DNA of 64,000 nucleotides, from assembly GCA_963575745.1 (NCBI GenBank), contig CAUYUJ010000303.1, forward strand, positions 496,001-560,000, read 5' to 3'. Positions 13,501 to 25,652 of the stretch are shown here, piece after piece. Source of the DNA: Prorocentrum cordatum (taxonomy: Eukaryota). Position 1 is the first letter of the stretch; the number at the start of each line of letters is the position of its first letter. A model generated the notes under the pieces. That model worked only from the letters and a program-made list of their open reading frames with translations. It was not told where the DNA came from and did no database searches. The position numbers and the translations under genes are program-made.

Positions 13501-14834
13501 GGGCGCGGAGAAGGAGGGGCCGGCGGAGGGGGAGGGGGAGGAGGAACAGGAGGATGGAGCGAACAACACGGAGGATGGGAAGCCTGGTTAGGAGGGGGAG
13601 ACGGGGAGGCGAATAAGGGGTAGACGCGATGGAGTCCTTCTCATAAAATGCTGGGGGGGGGGGGGGGGGGGGATGGGGGATTCTCGTTGGGGGCCTCTTC
13701 CTCCTCCTCCTCCTTTTCCCCTTCCCCCCCCATCCTCCTCCTACCCATCAGTGGGAGGATGGAGGGGAAGCAGCAGATGGATGAGGAGGAGGAGGAATGA
13801 GCGGAGGAGGAGGGGGAGGGGGCGCCGGGGACTACAGTGGGGAGCCCCTTCCAAGAAATCATCAGCTTCACTCCGGGGCACCCTGGTTTCTGGGACTCCG
13901 ATCGAGCCACCATGGAAAGCATGGCGCCCGCATGCCTGAAAGCCATGGGCGCCCTCGGGTGCCAGGGCTGGGCTCCTTGCGGATGTTCGGAGTAGGGCCC
14001 CGGGGCGGCGCATGCCATCTCCATGGGGTGTGCAGGGCGCCCCCGGGAGCGTCCGAAGCGTCACGGAGGGCCCGTGGGACCGCCAGGAACAGTTCGAAAC
14101 CGCCCAAGACGGCCCGCGAGCGCTCCAAGACGCGCATACATAGCCTCAGGAATGGCCAGGAAGGCCCGAAGACGTTCCAAGAGAGCTCCATGAGGCCCCG
14201 AAGGCATCCCAAGAGGCCTCCCAAGAGAGCCCCGACAGGCCAAAATCGTTGGTTTTTGGCATTCTCGCTTTTTCGGAGTTCCGACGCTCCAAGACCGTCC
14301 AAGAGTCTCCCAAAACCGTTCCAAGGCGGCCGAAGAGGCCCCGAAGACCGACCCAAGACGGCCCAAGAGACCTTCAAAATCGCCCCAAGACGGCCCAGGA
14401 GAGCCCCAAGATGGCCCAGGAGCCGCCCAAGACGGTTCCAGGAGAGCCCCGACAGGGCTTCAAGACTGCCTAAGCGAGCCCAGCGGTCCCCCAGAGGGCC
14501 CCGCGAGGCCCCAAGAGGCCCCAAAGAGGCCCCAAAGAGCTTCCCCGGAGGCCCCCAGATGCCCCCAAGACTTTCAAAAATGGCCCTGAACGCGCCCCAA
14601 GACGCCTCCAGGGGAGCCGAACAGGCCTCCGAGAGGCCCCCAAGAGGCCCACTGGAGGCCCTCAGGAGGTCGTCCCCGTCATGTTCCGGGAAGGCTGTCC
14701 GGGAACATGATTCCGCGCCTTGGAGGAGAATTCTGCGCTTTCCGAGGCGCCTTCCGAGGCGCCCTGGACGACGTACGTATGTTTCTATAGATTGTCCATC
14801 TCCTGTGTACACAATCCTACATGTCTTACGTATG

Positions 14835-14875
<41 letters not shown>

Positions 14876-15021
14876 TCTTTAGGCTTACGCCACACCGCCG
14901 ACCCTTTGTTTTTTGAGGCAATCTTGGACGTCTTGGGGGCGTCATGGCCCGACTTTATCCCCCGCATTCCTATCGTCGTCGTCTTTGCTCCTCCTCCCAG
15001 TAGTCGGCCCATCCCGCCACC

Positions 15022-15503
15022 GTGCCTGAGTTGTGGTTCAGAGGCCTCTCAGACTCAGGAGAAAGTCGCGAAGTGCAAGAATTTCTTGAAGACGGAGGCG
15101 GAAGTGGCGGCGAACCAGTACGACTCGAAAGATGCGGGGGAGGAGGCTTTGCAGGGCGTGCGCCCGCAACGAGAAGGGTGGGCGGAATGAGAAGGCGGAT
15201 GCGCAGAATCGCAAGCGGAAAGCAGAGGCGGACGCGAAGCCGCTGACGTGCGCGGCGTGCAAAGGCGCGTTCTCGGACACGAAACATTTGAAGCAGAAGC
15301 AAGTGGAACATCATCGAGCGGCGAAAGGAGCTAAACTGGTGTGCAGAAGATGCGAGGAACTCGGGTTCGCAGCGCGCAGTTGCCAGGCTTATCAGTGCAG
15401 CGGCGCGTGCAAGAGAGGACTACCAAAGTCGGCGTTCCCCGACCCTCACAATGTCCCGCGCGACGCAAAGAAGGGCACCCTAAAGTGCAAGACGTGCAAA
15501 TGA
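15022..15503 (+). pseudogene. Tandem CxxC...CxxC zinc-binding modules (Stc1-domain-like), frameshifted near 15130
   Basis: LCRAC, TCAACKGAF..VCRRC, QCSGACKRGLPKSAF..KCKTCK*; the 3' end recurs at 49761-49820. Confidence 0.5.
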
Positions 15504-18500
15504 TGCCCAATCGGTTGCGCGTGCTGGGCAGAAAGGGAGGACGGGAAGAGGAGGATGGGGGGTGAGGCGGAAAATGGGGGGGAAAAGCATCGGTGAGGAT
15601 GAGCTGGAGCGGGGCAGGAAGAGGAGGAGGGGAACGAGGAGGAAGTGTAGGAGGAGGAGGAGGAAGAGGAGGAGGACGGGGACACTGAGATGAGGCTCCG
15701 GGTTATGGGGCTGGGCGCGACTCGAAAAACCGGTGTGTTCAGGGATGTCCGTTGGGATCTTGCGGGGGTCTTCTTGCGGGCCTCTTGGAGCAGTTTCGAA
15801 GGCTCTTGGGGGCCGTTTTGGGACCTCTTTGTGGCTTATTGGGCGCCTCTTGGAACGTCTTGGGGACCTCTTTGGGGGTTCTTGGGGCCTCTTTGGGGCC
15901 TCTGGGGGCCTCCTGGGGGCCTCTTGGGACGTAAGGCTGGGTTTTCCGGTGCGTGGTCTTTCTCTAGAGCCCCTCTTGGGCCCGTCTCCGGGAGGTTCTT
16001 GGGCCGTTTTGGGCGGCTCTTGGGCCGTCTGGGGGCTCTCTTGGGCCGCCTTGGGCGGCTCTTGGGCCGTCTGGGGGCTCTCTTGGGCCGTCTTGGGGGC
16101 GTCGAGGAGGCCTCTTGTGCCGTCTTGGAGGTGTCTTGGGAGCTTCTTGGGCTGTCTTGGAGCGTCGGAAGGCCGAAAAGGCGAAAATGACGAAAACATG
16201 GAAAAAAACAAATGACAATCAACGATTTTGGCCTCTTGGGGCGCTCCTCGGGGGCCTCTTGGAGGTCTCTTGGGGCGTCTTGGAGGTCTCTTCGGGCGTC
16301 TTGGAGCCCTCGTGTGTCGTCTTGGAAGCCTCTTGGGGCTTCTTGGGCGCTTCTTAGGGCGTCTAGGCGGTCTCTTGGGGCGTCTGGGGGCCTCTTGGAA
16401 CGTCTGGGAGGCCTCTTGGGGCCTTTTTGGCCCGTATTTGGGTCTTTTTGGGCCCGGAAGAGCGTCGTGAGTCGCTCGTGGTGGGCCCCCCCCTCCCTCC
16501 AAATCGACCGGACCGGGTTCCCCGGGAAGGGGTTTGGGGAAGGGGAAGCATCTCACACGCCGATGACCCAGGGGGTCGGCGGATTTGCAGCGTTCGGGCC
16601 CCAAGAGCGCCAGTGGCCCTGGGAGGGATTCCGGGGCAGGTTTTCAAACAGAATCGAGGTGAAAAGGGGAGAGGCGCGATTCCGGCTTATCGTATTGTTT
16701 GAGTGCCTCCTCTGGGGCCTTGGCCTTGGCCACGTCTGGACGCAGATCGAACGATTGGTCAGGAGGTCGTTTGGCCAAGATCCTAGCACTGATTTCATTT
16801 TTGCTACTCAAAAATGACGTTTGCGAGGCGGTGTTTCTCGCCCTTCGAGTATTCAAGGGGCGTGCGTTGACGAATCCGTGGGACGCCAGAGGAAACACGA
16901 AATATTGAAAACGACGGGGTGTTTCGTCAACCGTGCATTGTGGTTTCTTGTTTGCGCTCGCCGTCGTTATGGGCACGCCTCGCAATTACGACCACAACCT
17001 TTCAACTATTACTACACTGTCGTAATTAGCCCGGAGGGCGTTTTTTCGGGCCGCTCCGACATGGATGGTTCTACCGGATGATCCCGTAGATGCGGCATGC
17101 CCATCGAAAACGCATGCGGCGAACCCACGCCATGTTTTTGTTCGGAACCGTCCATTCGGCCAAACGTTGGGCCAAAGTTCGGCCAAGCTATTTGGAGATG
17201 TGCTCCCCAAGCGTTGCGGGCGCCTGTGGGGGAATACCTGTGGCCTCATGGGGGGCATCTGAGGGCCTTTTTGAGGGCCTCCTGGTGCCCGTTGGGGGTT
17301 TCTTCGGATTTCTTGTAGGTTTCTGGGGGCGTCTGAGAGGGCTCTTGGCTGTCGGAGGCCGTCTTGGGGGCCGTACTGGGAAGTTCCTCTCTGGGAGATT
17401 TACGGCCGTCTTGGTGGTTTGTGGGACAGTCTTGGGAGCTTCTTCGGCCGTCTTGGGGCCTTCTTCGGCAATTTTGAGGGGCCTCTTGACGGGCTTTCTT
17501 GGAGCGCCGGGAGGTCGAAAAGGCGAGAGATCTAAAACAAATGGATGAAACGAAGCCTTACAGACAGCGCCGCCGACCCTGAATGGGGGACGACAACGAC
17601 GACGGCGGCGACGACAACGGCGGCGACGACGACGACGTTGACGTGGGTCAGAGTCGCAGGGGTGTTTCTGGCGGTCTCTTCGGAGCGCTCTCGGGAGCTT
17701 CTGGGAAGCAGTTTTGGAGCCTCTTGGGGGTCTCTCGGGGGCCTCTTAGGAACCTCTTGGGGGCCTGTTGGGGCTTCCCGGGGGCATCTTGGGGGCCTTT
17801 TGGGGCCTTTTGGCGGCTTCTCGGGGTCTCCTGGGACCCTCTCGGAGCAGAGTGCTCGAAATGTCCGTTCGGGTCCCCAATATGGGCACCTTCTTGGAGC
17901 AATCTCAGGAGCTTTTTTGGCGGCCTTGGAGGCGTATTGGGTCGTCTCGGGGCCCTCTTGAGCCGTTTTGGGGCCGCTTGGAGGCTTCTTGGGTTGTTTG
18001 GGGGCGATTTGGGGAGCTTCTTCTGCTTTCTTGGAGCGTCGTGAAGCAGAAAAGGCGAGAACGCAAAAATCGCTCGAACATCGAAGGAACATATGTGGAT
18101 TTCGCCTCCTGAGGCCCTCTGGGGACTGCTCTTGGAAGTCTCTTAGGGCGTCTTGGAGGCCCTGGGGCAGTCTGGAGGCCATCCTGAGTGCCTTGGACCG
18201 ATCGTTCGGCGATTCGGGGCTCTCTTGGACAGCATTGCGGACTTCATGTGGCACTCTTGGACCGTCTTGGGGTTCCTTTGTAGCCCAAAAACCCCGGGGG
18301 GGGATGGCATTCTCACCCGGGACCCCCCCCCGCGAGCGACCGACCCCCCCTCCCCCGGCGGGGAAGAGATCAAAGGGAAGGGAACATCTTCGACTCAACT
18401 GCGACGTTGCTCGCTGTGGCTGGCGCGCTCGAGGAGGAGGGCCCAGTGAACAGGGGGGGAACGGCAACGACGATGACGACGACGACGACGACGACGAACG

Positions 18501-19617
18501 GAAGAGCGTCTTCCACACGCCGACAGGGTCGGCGGATTTTGACCTCCAGGAGGTTCTCGTGGGCCCTCATGAGGCGTCTTATACGCTTCTTGGGCCGTCT
18601 AGAGGGGCCATATTGGGCCGTCCTGGGGCCATCTTGGCTGTCTTGGGACCGTTTTGGACCCACTTGGGGTTTTCGAGCACAGTTGAGCCGTCTTGGAGTC
18701 CATTTTGGTGCTATATTGAGCGGCAGAACCGACGGAGTACTCTTTCTATTGGTGGCCGGCGGGCTGGGCCAGAAGCCAGTTGGGGACCCCCAACAGTTAG
18801 AGACTTGACACAGGTTGTGAACATGTGAAAGTCCAGCACGCCAGACACCGGGGCCAGGGCCGGCCACCTCCCACAGGGGGAGCCCTTCTTTGTCACCCTT
18901 GCCCACATGTGGGACCACCCCCGGGACCCGCCAGGACGCCCAGGGGCCGATAATCTCACCCGTGGCCCCCATAACCCCCCCTCGTCAGGGAAGGGTATAG
19001 AGAGATGGATGCCTGTGTGTGTATGTGTATATATATATATACATATGCTCACCCCCCCCACATGATCATACACATTCTCCTTTCATCTCTCCAGTGTTCC
19101 TCGCCTTTCCCTCATCATGCTCTTCTTCATGATGTGTTGATGCGCTGGCAGTCGAAACCCATTTGATTGCAATCCAAACGGATGCAGCTTAATGGATTGC
19201 AACCCATTTCTATTCCTCAACCTCTGTATCCAATTTCTGCGTCCTCCTCATGTTCCTGATGTCCCTCTCTCTCCTCCTCCTCCTCCTGCTCCTCCTCCTC
19301 TTCCTCCTCCTCCTCCTCCTCCCCCCCCTCTTCCTTCCCCTCCTCCTCCTCCTGCTCCCTCCCCCCTCCCCTCCTCCTCCTCCTCGTCCTCCTCCTCCTC
19401 CCCCTTCTCCCTCTCCTCTTCCCCTCCCTCTTCCTCCTCCTCTTCCTCCTCCTCCTCCTCCTCCTCCTCCTTTTCCTCCTCCCCATTGTCCTCCTCCCCC
19501 TCCTTTTCCTCCTCCTCTTCGTCCTTCTTCACTCGTTCTCCTTCTCCTTTTTGTTTCGTGCAGCACACGCGTGTTGAAGGCCGCTGCTTCGCTTAGCCAG
19601 CGCCCCGCTGGGAAACC

Positions 19618-20411
19618 ATGGGCAACCCCGAACACGGCACGGAGCAGTACGACCGCAAGCTCGAGAACAACCGCGTGTACAAGGCCAGAGTCAAAAAGGA
19701 CAAGGCCAAAGCGGCGAAGCACAAGCTCAAGATGCGATTCCAGAGGCCGCTGTTGAAGAAGATCGCGGACCTGGAAGAGCAGGCTGCGATCTATCCTCCT
19801 CTTTGCGCTTCAAACATCTCCAAACATATAAACGCATTGTCCCGCCTGCTCATGCTCAGGTTGATTGGTGCCAGGGCGGGGCGGCGGACAACTGGGAGCT
19901 CGCCGAGAAACGTGCGTGGTCCAACGAGCAGTTTCGGGACACGACGTTTTGAAATTCCACCACCACCACCCTGCCCGCAACCGCAAAAGACGGAACCGCA
20001 ACGGCAGCAACCGCAACGACCGCAACCGCAACGACCGCAACCGCAACGACCGCAACCGCAACGACAGCAACGCCAGCAAAGAGCACCAAGCACGAAGCAA
20101 ACGCAACTCGAGCAAGCCCACGCCACCCAAATCCCCCCCGTCTGTTCGGGTGCCTTGCTGCCTCGCCCGCGCAGGAGCGAGCGCGGAAACTGACGAGGGA
20201 GCTGGCCGAGAGCAACGCGGCCAAGGAGAACGCACAGGCGAAGGGAGCTGCAGACGCGAAGGCCCTCAAGGCCTGGAAGTCCTGGTTCGAGGCTTTCTCG
20301 CGCGTGTGCGACCAGGAGCTGCCGCCGAAGGCGACGAAGCTTCTGAGGGACCGGGCGACTTGGAGGGTCACTCACTTGAGGGCCATCTTTCGCTTTTCTC
20401 AGGACAACTAG
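19618..20411 (+). CDS. Predicted 3-exon gene, ~154-aa basic coiled-coil protein (exons 19618-19782, 19875-19937, 20175-20411)
   Basis: Phase-0 GC-AG and GA-AG introns join MGNPEH..LEEQ / GGAADNWELAEKRAWSNEQFR / ERARKL..FSQDN*; non-canonical donors are typical of dinoflagellates. Confidence 0.55.
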
Positions 20412-20607
20412 GCAAAGCAGGAGCCCGCCGCGAGGCCAAAGAACGCTTCGCTCGCGAACGGGCAAAGAGAGGCACGGCGCGGCGGGGAGCACGACCAGAG
20501 GCAAAGCAGGGGGCCGACCGACGAGGAGGAGGAGGAGGAGGAGGAGGAGGAGGCAGACCAGGGGGATGGAGGGCGGAACGCGCTTCTGCCAGGCAGGATG
20601 CCGCGCA

Positions 20608-21290
20608 GGAAAAGCGGTGCAATGATGACATCAAGACAACAGGACGAACCACCCACCCAGAAAAGCAGGCGACGATGGAGCCGCCGACTAGCATGTTCAG
20701 TCTAACGTGAACAGGCGCATTGCTGCACAAAATGGGCATCCTGATTTTAGGATGCCCTATCTGATACGGGCGTCGTAGGAAAAGCGGCGCAACGATGACA
20801 GCAAGACAACAGGACGAATCACCCACCCAGAAAAGCAGGCGACGATGGAGCCGCCGACAAGCATGTTCAGTCTAACGTGAACAGGCGCATTGCTGCACAA
20901 AAAGGGCATCCTGATTTTAGGATGCCCTCTCTGATACGGGCGTCGTAGGAAAAGCGGTGCAATGATGGCATCAAGACAACAGGACGAACCACCCACCCAG
21001 AAGAGCAGGCGACGATGGAGCCGCCGACTAGCATGTTCAGTCTAACGTGAACAGGCGCATTGCTGCACAAAAAGGGCATCCTGATTTTAGGATACCCTCT
21101 CTGATACGGGCGTCGAAGGAAAAGCGGTGCAATGATGACATCAAGGCAACAGGACGAACCACCCACCCAGAAAATCAGGCGACGATGGAGCCGCCGATAA
21201 GCATGTTCAGTCTAACGTGAACAGGCGCATTGCTGCACAAAAAGGGCATCCTGATTTTAGGATGCCCTATCTGATATGGGCGTCGTAGGG
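20608..21290 (+). repeat. 170-bp tandem repeat x4 with internal hairpins
   Basis: Units start at ~20608, 20778, 20948, 21118; GGGCATCCT-gatttt-AGGATGCCC stem. Confidence 0.93.
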
Positions 21291-21531
21291 ATTTTGTTCT
21301 TCTACTACGACTACCACTACCATTTCTATTGCAACTACTGCTGCTACAGCTCTACGACGACTAGTACTACTACCACCACTACTACTGTTGCTACAGCTCT
21401 ACGACGACTAGTACTATTACCACCACTACTACTGTTGCTAATACAACCACTCCTACCATAACTACCGACAGCGCCACCGCCACGACCAGAGGAAGCCGGC
21501 GAACCTCCAGACAAGGGGGGCCCCAGTCCCA

Positions 21532-21553
21532 CCCGCAGCACATTTTGGCTCAG
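21532..21553 (+). other. Degenerate (relic) spliced leader upstream of the transposase
   Basis: CCCGCAGCACATTTTGGCTCAG vs DCCGTAGCCATTTTGGCTCAAG; core CATTTTGGCTCA exact. Confidence 0.55.
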
Positions 21554-22838
21554 TGCGTTTTTCTCAACCGACCGTCTGGGCAACCGTTCTGCCACCGTCG
21601 GCGACGGGAAAGCGTGCTATCAAACGCCCTGCTGCCGCCTCCGCGCCGAAGAAGCGGCCTGCTAGTGCTTTCAGGCCGTTCCCCTTGCGCAAGAGGGGCA
21701 AGGACAGGATGGGCCAGCGCAGGAAGCAAGCGGAGAAGGTCGAGTACGTGCGCCACGGGAAGAAGACCGTGACATCCCGCAAGGAGCGCGAAACCTGGTG
21801 CCGCAACTACGACAGCTCCCACGGGAAAACTGCGGACCAGATGGTAGACCTGCTCCTCGAGGATGGCGTCCTGCTTGACTGGGAAGGCCGCGCCTGCCCT
21901 CGCTGCGGCGTCGGAACCTGCGGCGCGCGGGTGCACGATGACAATCGCGGCCCGCATTGGCGATGCAACAGCGGTAGGCTGCGCGGCAAGACCGTCAACC
22001 CGTGCACCGCCCACCCCGTCTTCAAGTCTGGCGGGGGTTGCCAATCGTCGAGTTTGTCGACGAAGGCCAAAGCCCTCTTCTGCCTCACGCTCGGCATGAC
22101 CACCGCCCAGATACACTTGCTAACAGGTGCCAACCGCAAGATGATCGAGGACACGAGCGCGGCCGTGGCAGCCGTGCGGCAGATCTACGTGGAGAAGAAC
22201 GACCGAACATTGTCTTCGGCGACGAAACTCAGCGGCGCTGGTTCGACGTGGAGGCGGATGAGTCGGTCTTCCGCGCCCAGCTGTCCGACGACGGTCGTTC
22301 CAAGACGTGGGAACAGCGGGCGGGCGTCGTCGAGCGCGGGCGCCCTGATAGCCTCGTTCTGTGGAAGACCCAGTCAGACGGCACCGAGGCCAACGCGCCA
22401 GGCCCAGGCGCCATCAAGAAGACGGATTGGGCGCCGCTCCTAAAAAGCCGTTTAGAGAAAAGGAAGGTCATCTTGCACTCTGACGGGGCCCGCAGCTACA
22501 AGATGCGCACGTCGGGGCTCGTGCGCGACCGCGTCGCACACTGCAAGAAGCGGAAGAAGATCGGCAGGAAGTGGGTTTGGTTGAAGCCAGTCTACTCGAA
22601 GGTTGTCACCCACTAATTGCCCGACGGCTCCAAGATCAGGGTAAAGGCAGGGGCGCAGATCATCGACCGCGCCTGGAGGTCCATCAAAACCCTCATTGGC
22701 ACGCGCACGGACCTCCCAGGCAGCAGGCGTCTCGCGGCATCGGTTCGCTCGGCCCAGTTCGAGTACTGGAACAAGGGTAAGGATATGTGGGCGGCCACCG
22801 CGGATGCTATCTGGGAGGTCATGGACGCGGCGCACTGA
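21553..22838 (+). pseudogene. Merlin/IS1595(ISXO2)-like DDE transposase, one frameshift (~22200) and a stop (22614-22616)
   Basis: N-terminal zinc ribbon ACPRCG..WRCN; VEADE, GVVERG, ILHSDGARSY, GAQIIDRAW motifs in the expected order. Confidence 0.8.
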
Positions 22839-23161
22839 GTGCCGATGTCGAGGGGTGTGTTTTTATTACGGAGTGCCGATGTCGAGGGGTGTGTTTTTAT
22901 ACAGCGCGCATGTGTTCCCGAGTGCGCGTGATTGACGTCGCGTTGATTGTCCCCACCGCAGCCGTGTCACATCTTTGACTCATCGTCGTCGTGCCCACGC
23001 TCTCTTGCTTCTTACTTCCATCTTCAGTGTGCATCGTTCGTCGTCGTCGCCCCCTTCCCAGGTGCTCAGCTGGCATCCGCGGCCGTCTGTGATCAACGCT
23101 TGCGCGCTGTTGCCCGTCATCCAAGGCCACCGCCCGACCCGCCTTTCTCTCGCCACGAATC

Positions 23162-25652
23162 ATGGCGAGCGCCCCTGCTGCTCAGGTGCAGTCGCTGGGG
23201 CAGGTTGCGTACGACGCCGGGGGAGACGGCAAGCTCACCTTTGAGGAGGCGTCGTTGGTGGTCAGCGGTAGCAAGTTAGACTACCACCCCTCGAAGTGCG
23301 TCAAGAAAGACAGGTTGGCTTTCGCTGGTGACCTTTCTATCTTCGGCCTTCCTCTGCTACCGATCGCGAATTTGAGTACCCCGAAGTTGGTCGCTTTCGC
23401 CGACATGGTATCCAACTACGAGGGCCCGGTTGACTTCGACAAGGTGCACGAGTTGTGCGCACAGGGTAGGTTCAAGGACTTGCAGGAGCCGCTGTCGCTC
23501 AAGCAGGAGCCCGTCGTCCCGTATACGATGCAGATCTTCATCGTTCGCCAGAAGCCAGAGGACAGCGAGTGTTCGGCATACCGCATCCTCAAGGTTGTTT
23601 CTTTCGGTAAAAACAGAGCCCATTCTGCGACCATCCTCAAGTGTGCTCGCGGAGAGGCCCACAAAATCGATTGCGGCAAAAACTTTCGGGCGGGGTCGAC
23701 TGCGTTCCAGTTCATGTTGGAGAAGCCCGAGGGCTATCAAATACGGTGGGCGCGCTCGGATAAAGATCCCCCTCCTGCCCGCCCCAGCTCAGGGGCATCC
23801 CCCCGCCCCGTTTTTCAAAACGAGTTGGGCGCCCTATCTGTGGCGACCCAGCGATCGGGACCCCCTGGGCTTCTCACCGTATGTATGCCTATCCAGCGCC
23901 TCCACCGCAAGGTACTTCACGAGCAAGCCGCAGCACGAGCGGAAGCAGCCGCTAGAGGAGGACGAGCGCGCGCAGAGTTACACGGTCATCCGTGAACATG
24001 GCCCCCGCAGCAAAACAGAAACCAGCCCATGGAATGGGCTGACACAGAGGTCAACAGGGGGGGTTCGAAGATATTCGGATGGCCTGCGTCCAAGGTGGAG
24101 ACTGCGCTGCGCAATTACCAGAATGGCAGGACGAATGCCAAACCGATCTCGCGCTGGAGTTTGACGCTGAAGGACTTATCTGGCTGGTTCCTCAATGGCG
24201 TCCTCCGCCTGATGATTGGCACGCTCCACATGCGCGGGGTGCTGTGGGTCGGGAAGTCCAGAGTTGGCAAGAGCAACGGTTCGAAGACGCTTGCTTGGGT
24301 TCATTCGGCGTACAGCATACAGAAGAAGGGCACCGCCGATGAGATCACTTTCCTGACGGTGAAGCATATGGATTTCTTCAAGGGCGAGCCGACGACGGAG
24401 ATCCTCCCTGGCATTTTCGACGACGGCCTGCTTCGGAAGGTTCGGTGGCCTGGCGTGGCCCACGCCATTGCCGCCCGCGGCTTCCAGGGAGACTGCGGTT
24501 CTTCCCACCGCATCGCCCTCCCAAGTGGAAGTCGCGGTGGCGTTGGTAATCGGGCGAACGCTTGGCCGCTTGAAGGTATCCGCTGATGTGCTCATGGCTT
24601 TCTTGAACCCCAAGGAAGAGGACGCTCTGCTGTGGGCTCGGTGGGGCGGCTGCGCTTTCGAGCAAGGGTCGTGCAGACAGGCCGTCGCGAACCCCTACGA
24701 CCGCGACGCGGAGAAGGCGGCGCTGGACGCCGCGACGCTAAACAAGTAGGGCTTCGACCTGCTCAAGCGTATCATCGCGCCGTCTCTGGAGGATGTCATG
24801 ACAGAGGAGGACTTCAACGCCATCCTCGCCAGGGCGCACGTCATCGTGGTGACGGACCTCGGCGTGCATTGGCGCGCGGCATCCGCCAACCTGCAGGATG
24901 GTGCAGAGTTCATGCCGTGGCCCAACCCCAGGAGCCCCGACCTCTTCGTCAGCGAAGTGCGGGACGCGACGTCGCCAGCCATCCGCCCGCTCCCCTCAGA
25001 CTACGCCGAAAAGATGGCTTGGTCGATTGGGTACATGAGCAATGTGGTCGCGGGCCTTGACGTGCCCACTATTGCGACTGTCCATGTTGCTCCTATCTTC
25101 GGCGATGGCCCTGCGCGCGTTGTCTCCGCTGTCGGCAACGTTTCAGGGTTCGTTACAGGCGCGGCCAGCGCTCCGCCAGCCGCCGCGGTCGCTGCGGCGT
25201 TTTCCCAGCCGCCCGCCGAGTTGCCCCAGGAGGAGGACGCGTTCGGCTTCGGCGGCGGAATGGACGAACCGCCAGAAGACAGCTTGCGCGCCGCCAGCTC
25301 CGCGCAGCCCAACATCGTTGGGCGTTGCGGCGAGCTCACCAAGGAGGACCAGGACGAGCAGCTCGCGATTTTCAAGAGCCTCGCCAAGGCGCACCACGGT
25401 GCGTTCGAGGACTTGTCCTCGCCTCCGCCAGCGAAGAGGGCGAGGGGGCTCATGTTGGGCTGCGGCGGTCCGTTGTCACCCGTGGATGCCGATGAGCAGA
25501 GGGCGATCTTCGCTTCCATTGCCGCCTCGGCCCACGGTGAAACGATCGACGTCGAGGATGACGACGGTCTGTCGGCAGAGCTCGCGCGCGTGATTGACGA
25601 GGGGGGGCCGCCCTCTGAGTCGGCGACGGCGCGCCGCAGCGAGGCTGACTGA
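23162..25652 (+). pseudogene. SF3 (AAA+/CRESS-Rep-like) helicase-domain gene with two predicted introns, one frameshift (~24020) and one stop (24747-24749)
   Basis: Walker A GKSRVGKS; Walker B IFDD; ARWGG; motif C VANP; Arg-finger-like AILAR; splicing 23746-23911 and 24440-24575 (both GT-AG) restores the frame. Confidence 0.62.

Noticed and set aside
8497..14882. Long ORFs with poly-M/I/D/E/R tracts and PKRP-rich ORFs in CCAAGA repeats
   Set aside because: Translations of microsatellites and GC-rich satellites, open in several frames with no domain signal
20740..20790. Hammerhead ribozyme in the 170-bp repeat (CTGATACG...GAAA)
   Set aside because: Lacks the CUGANGA core and proper three-stem geometry
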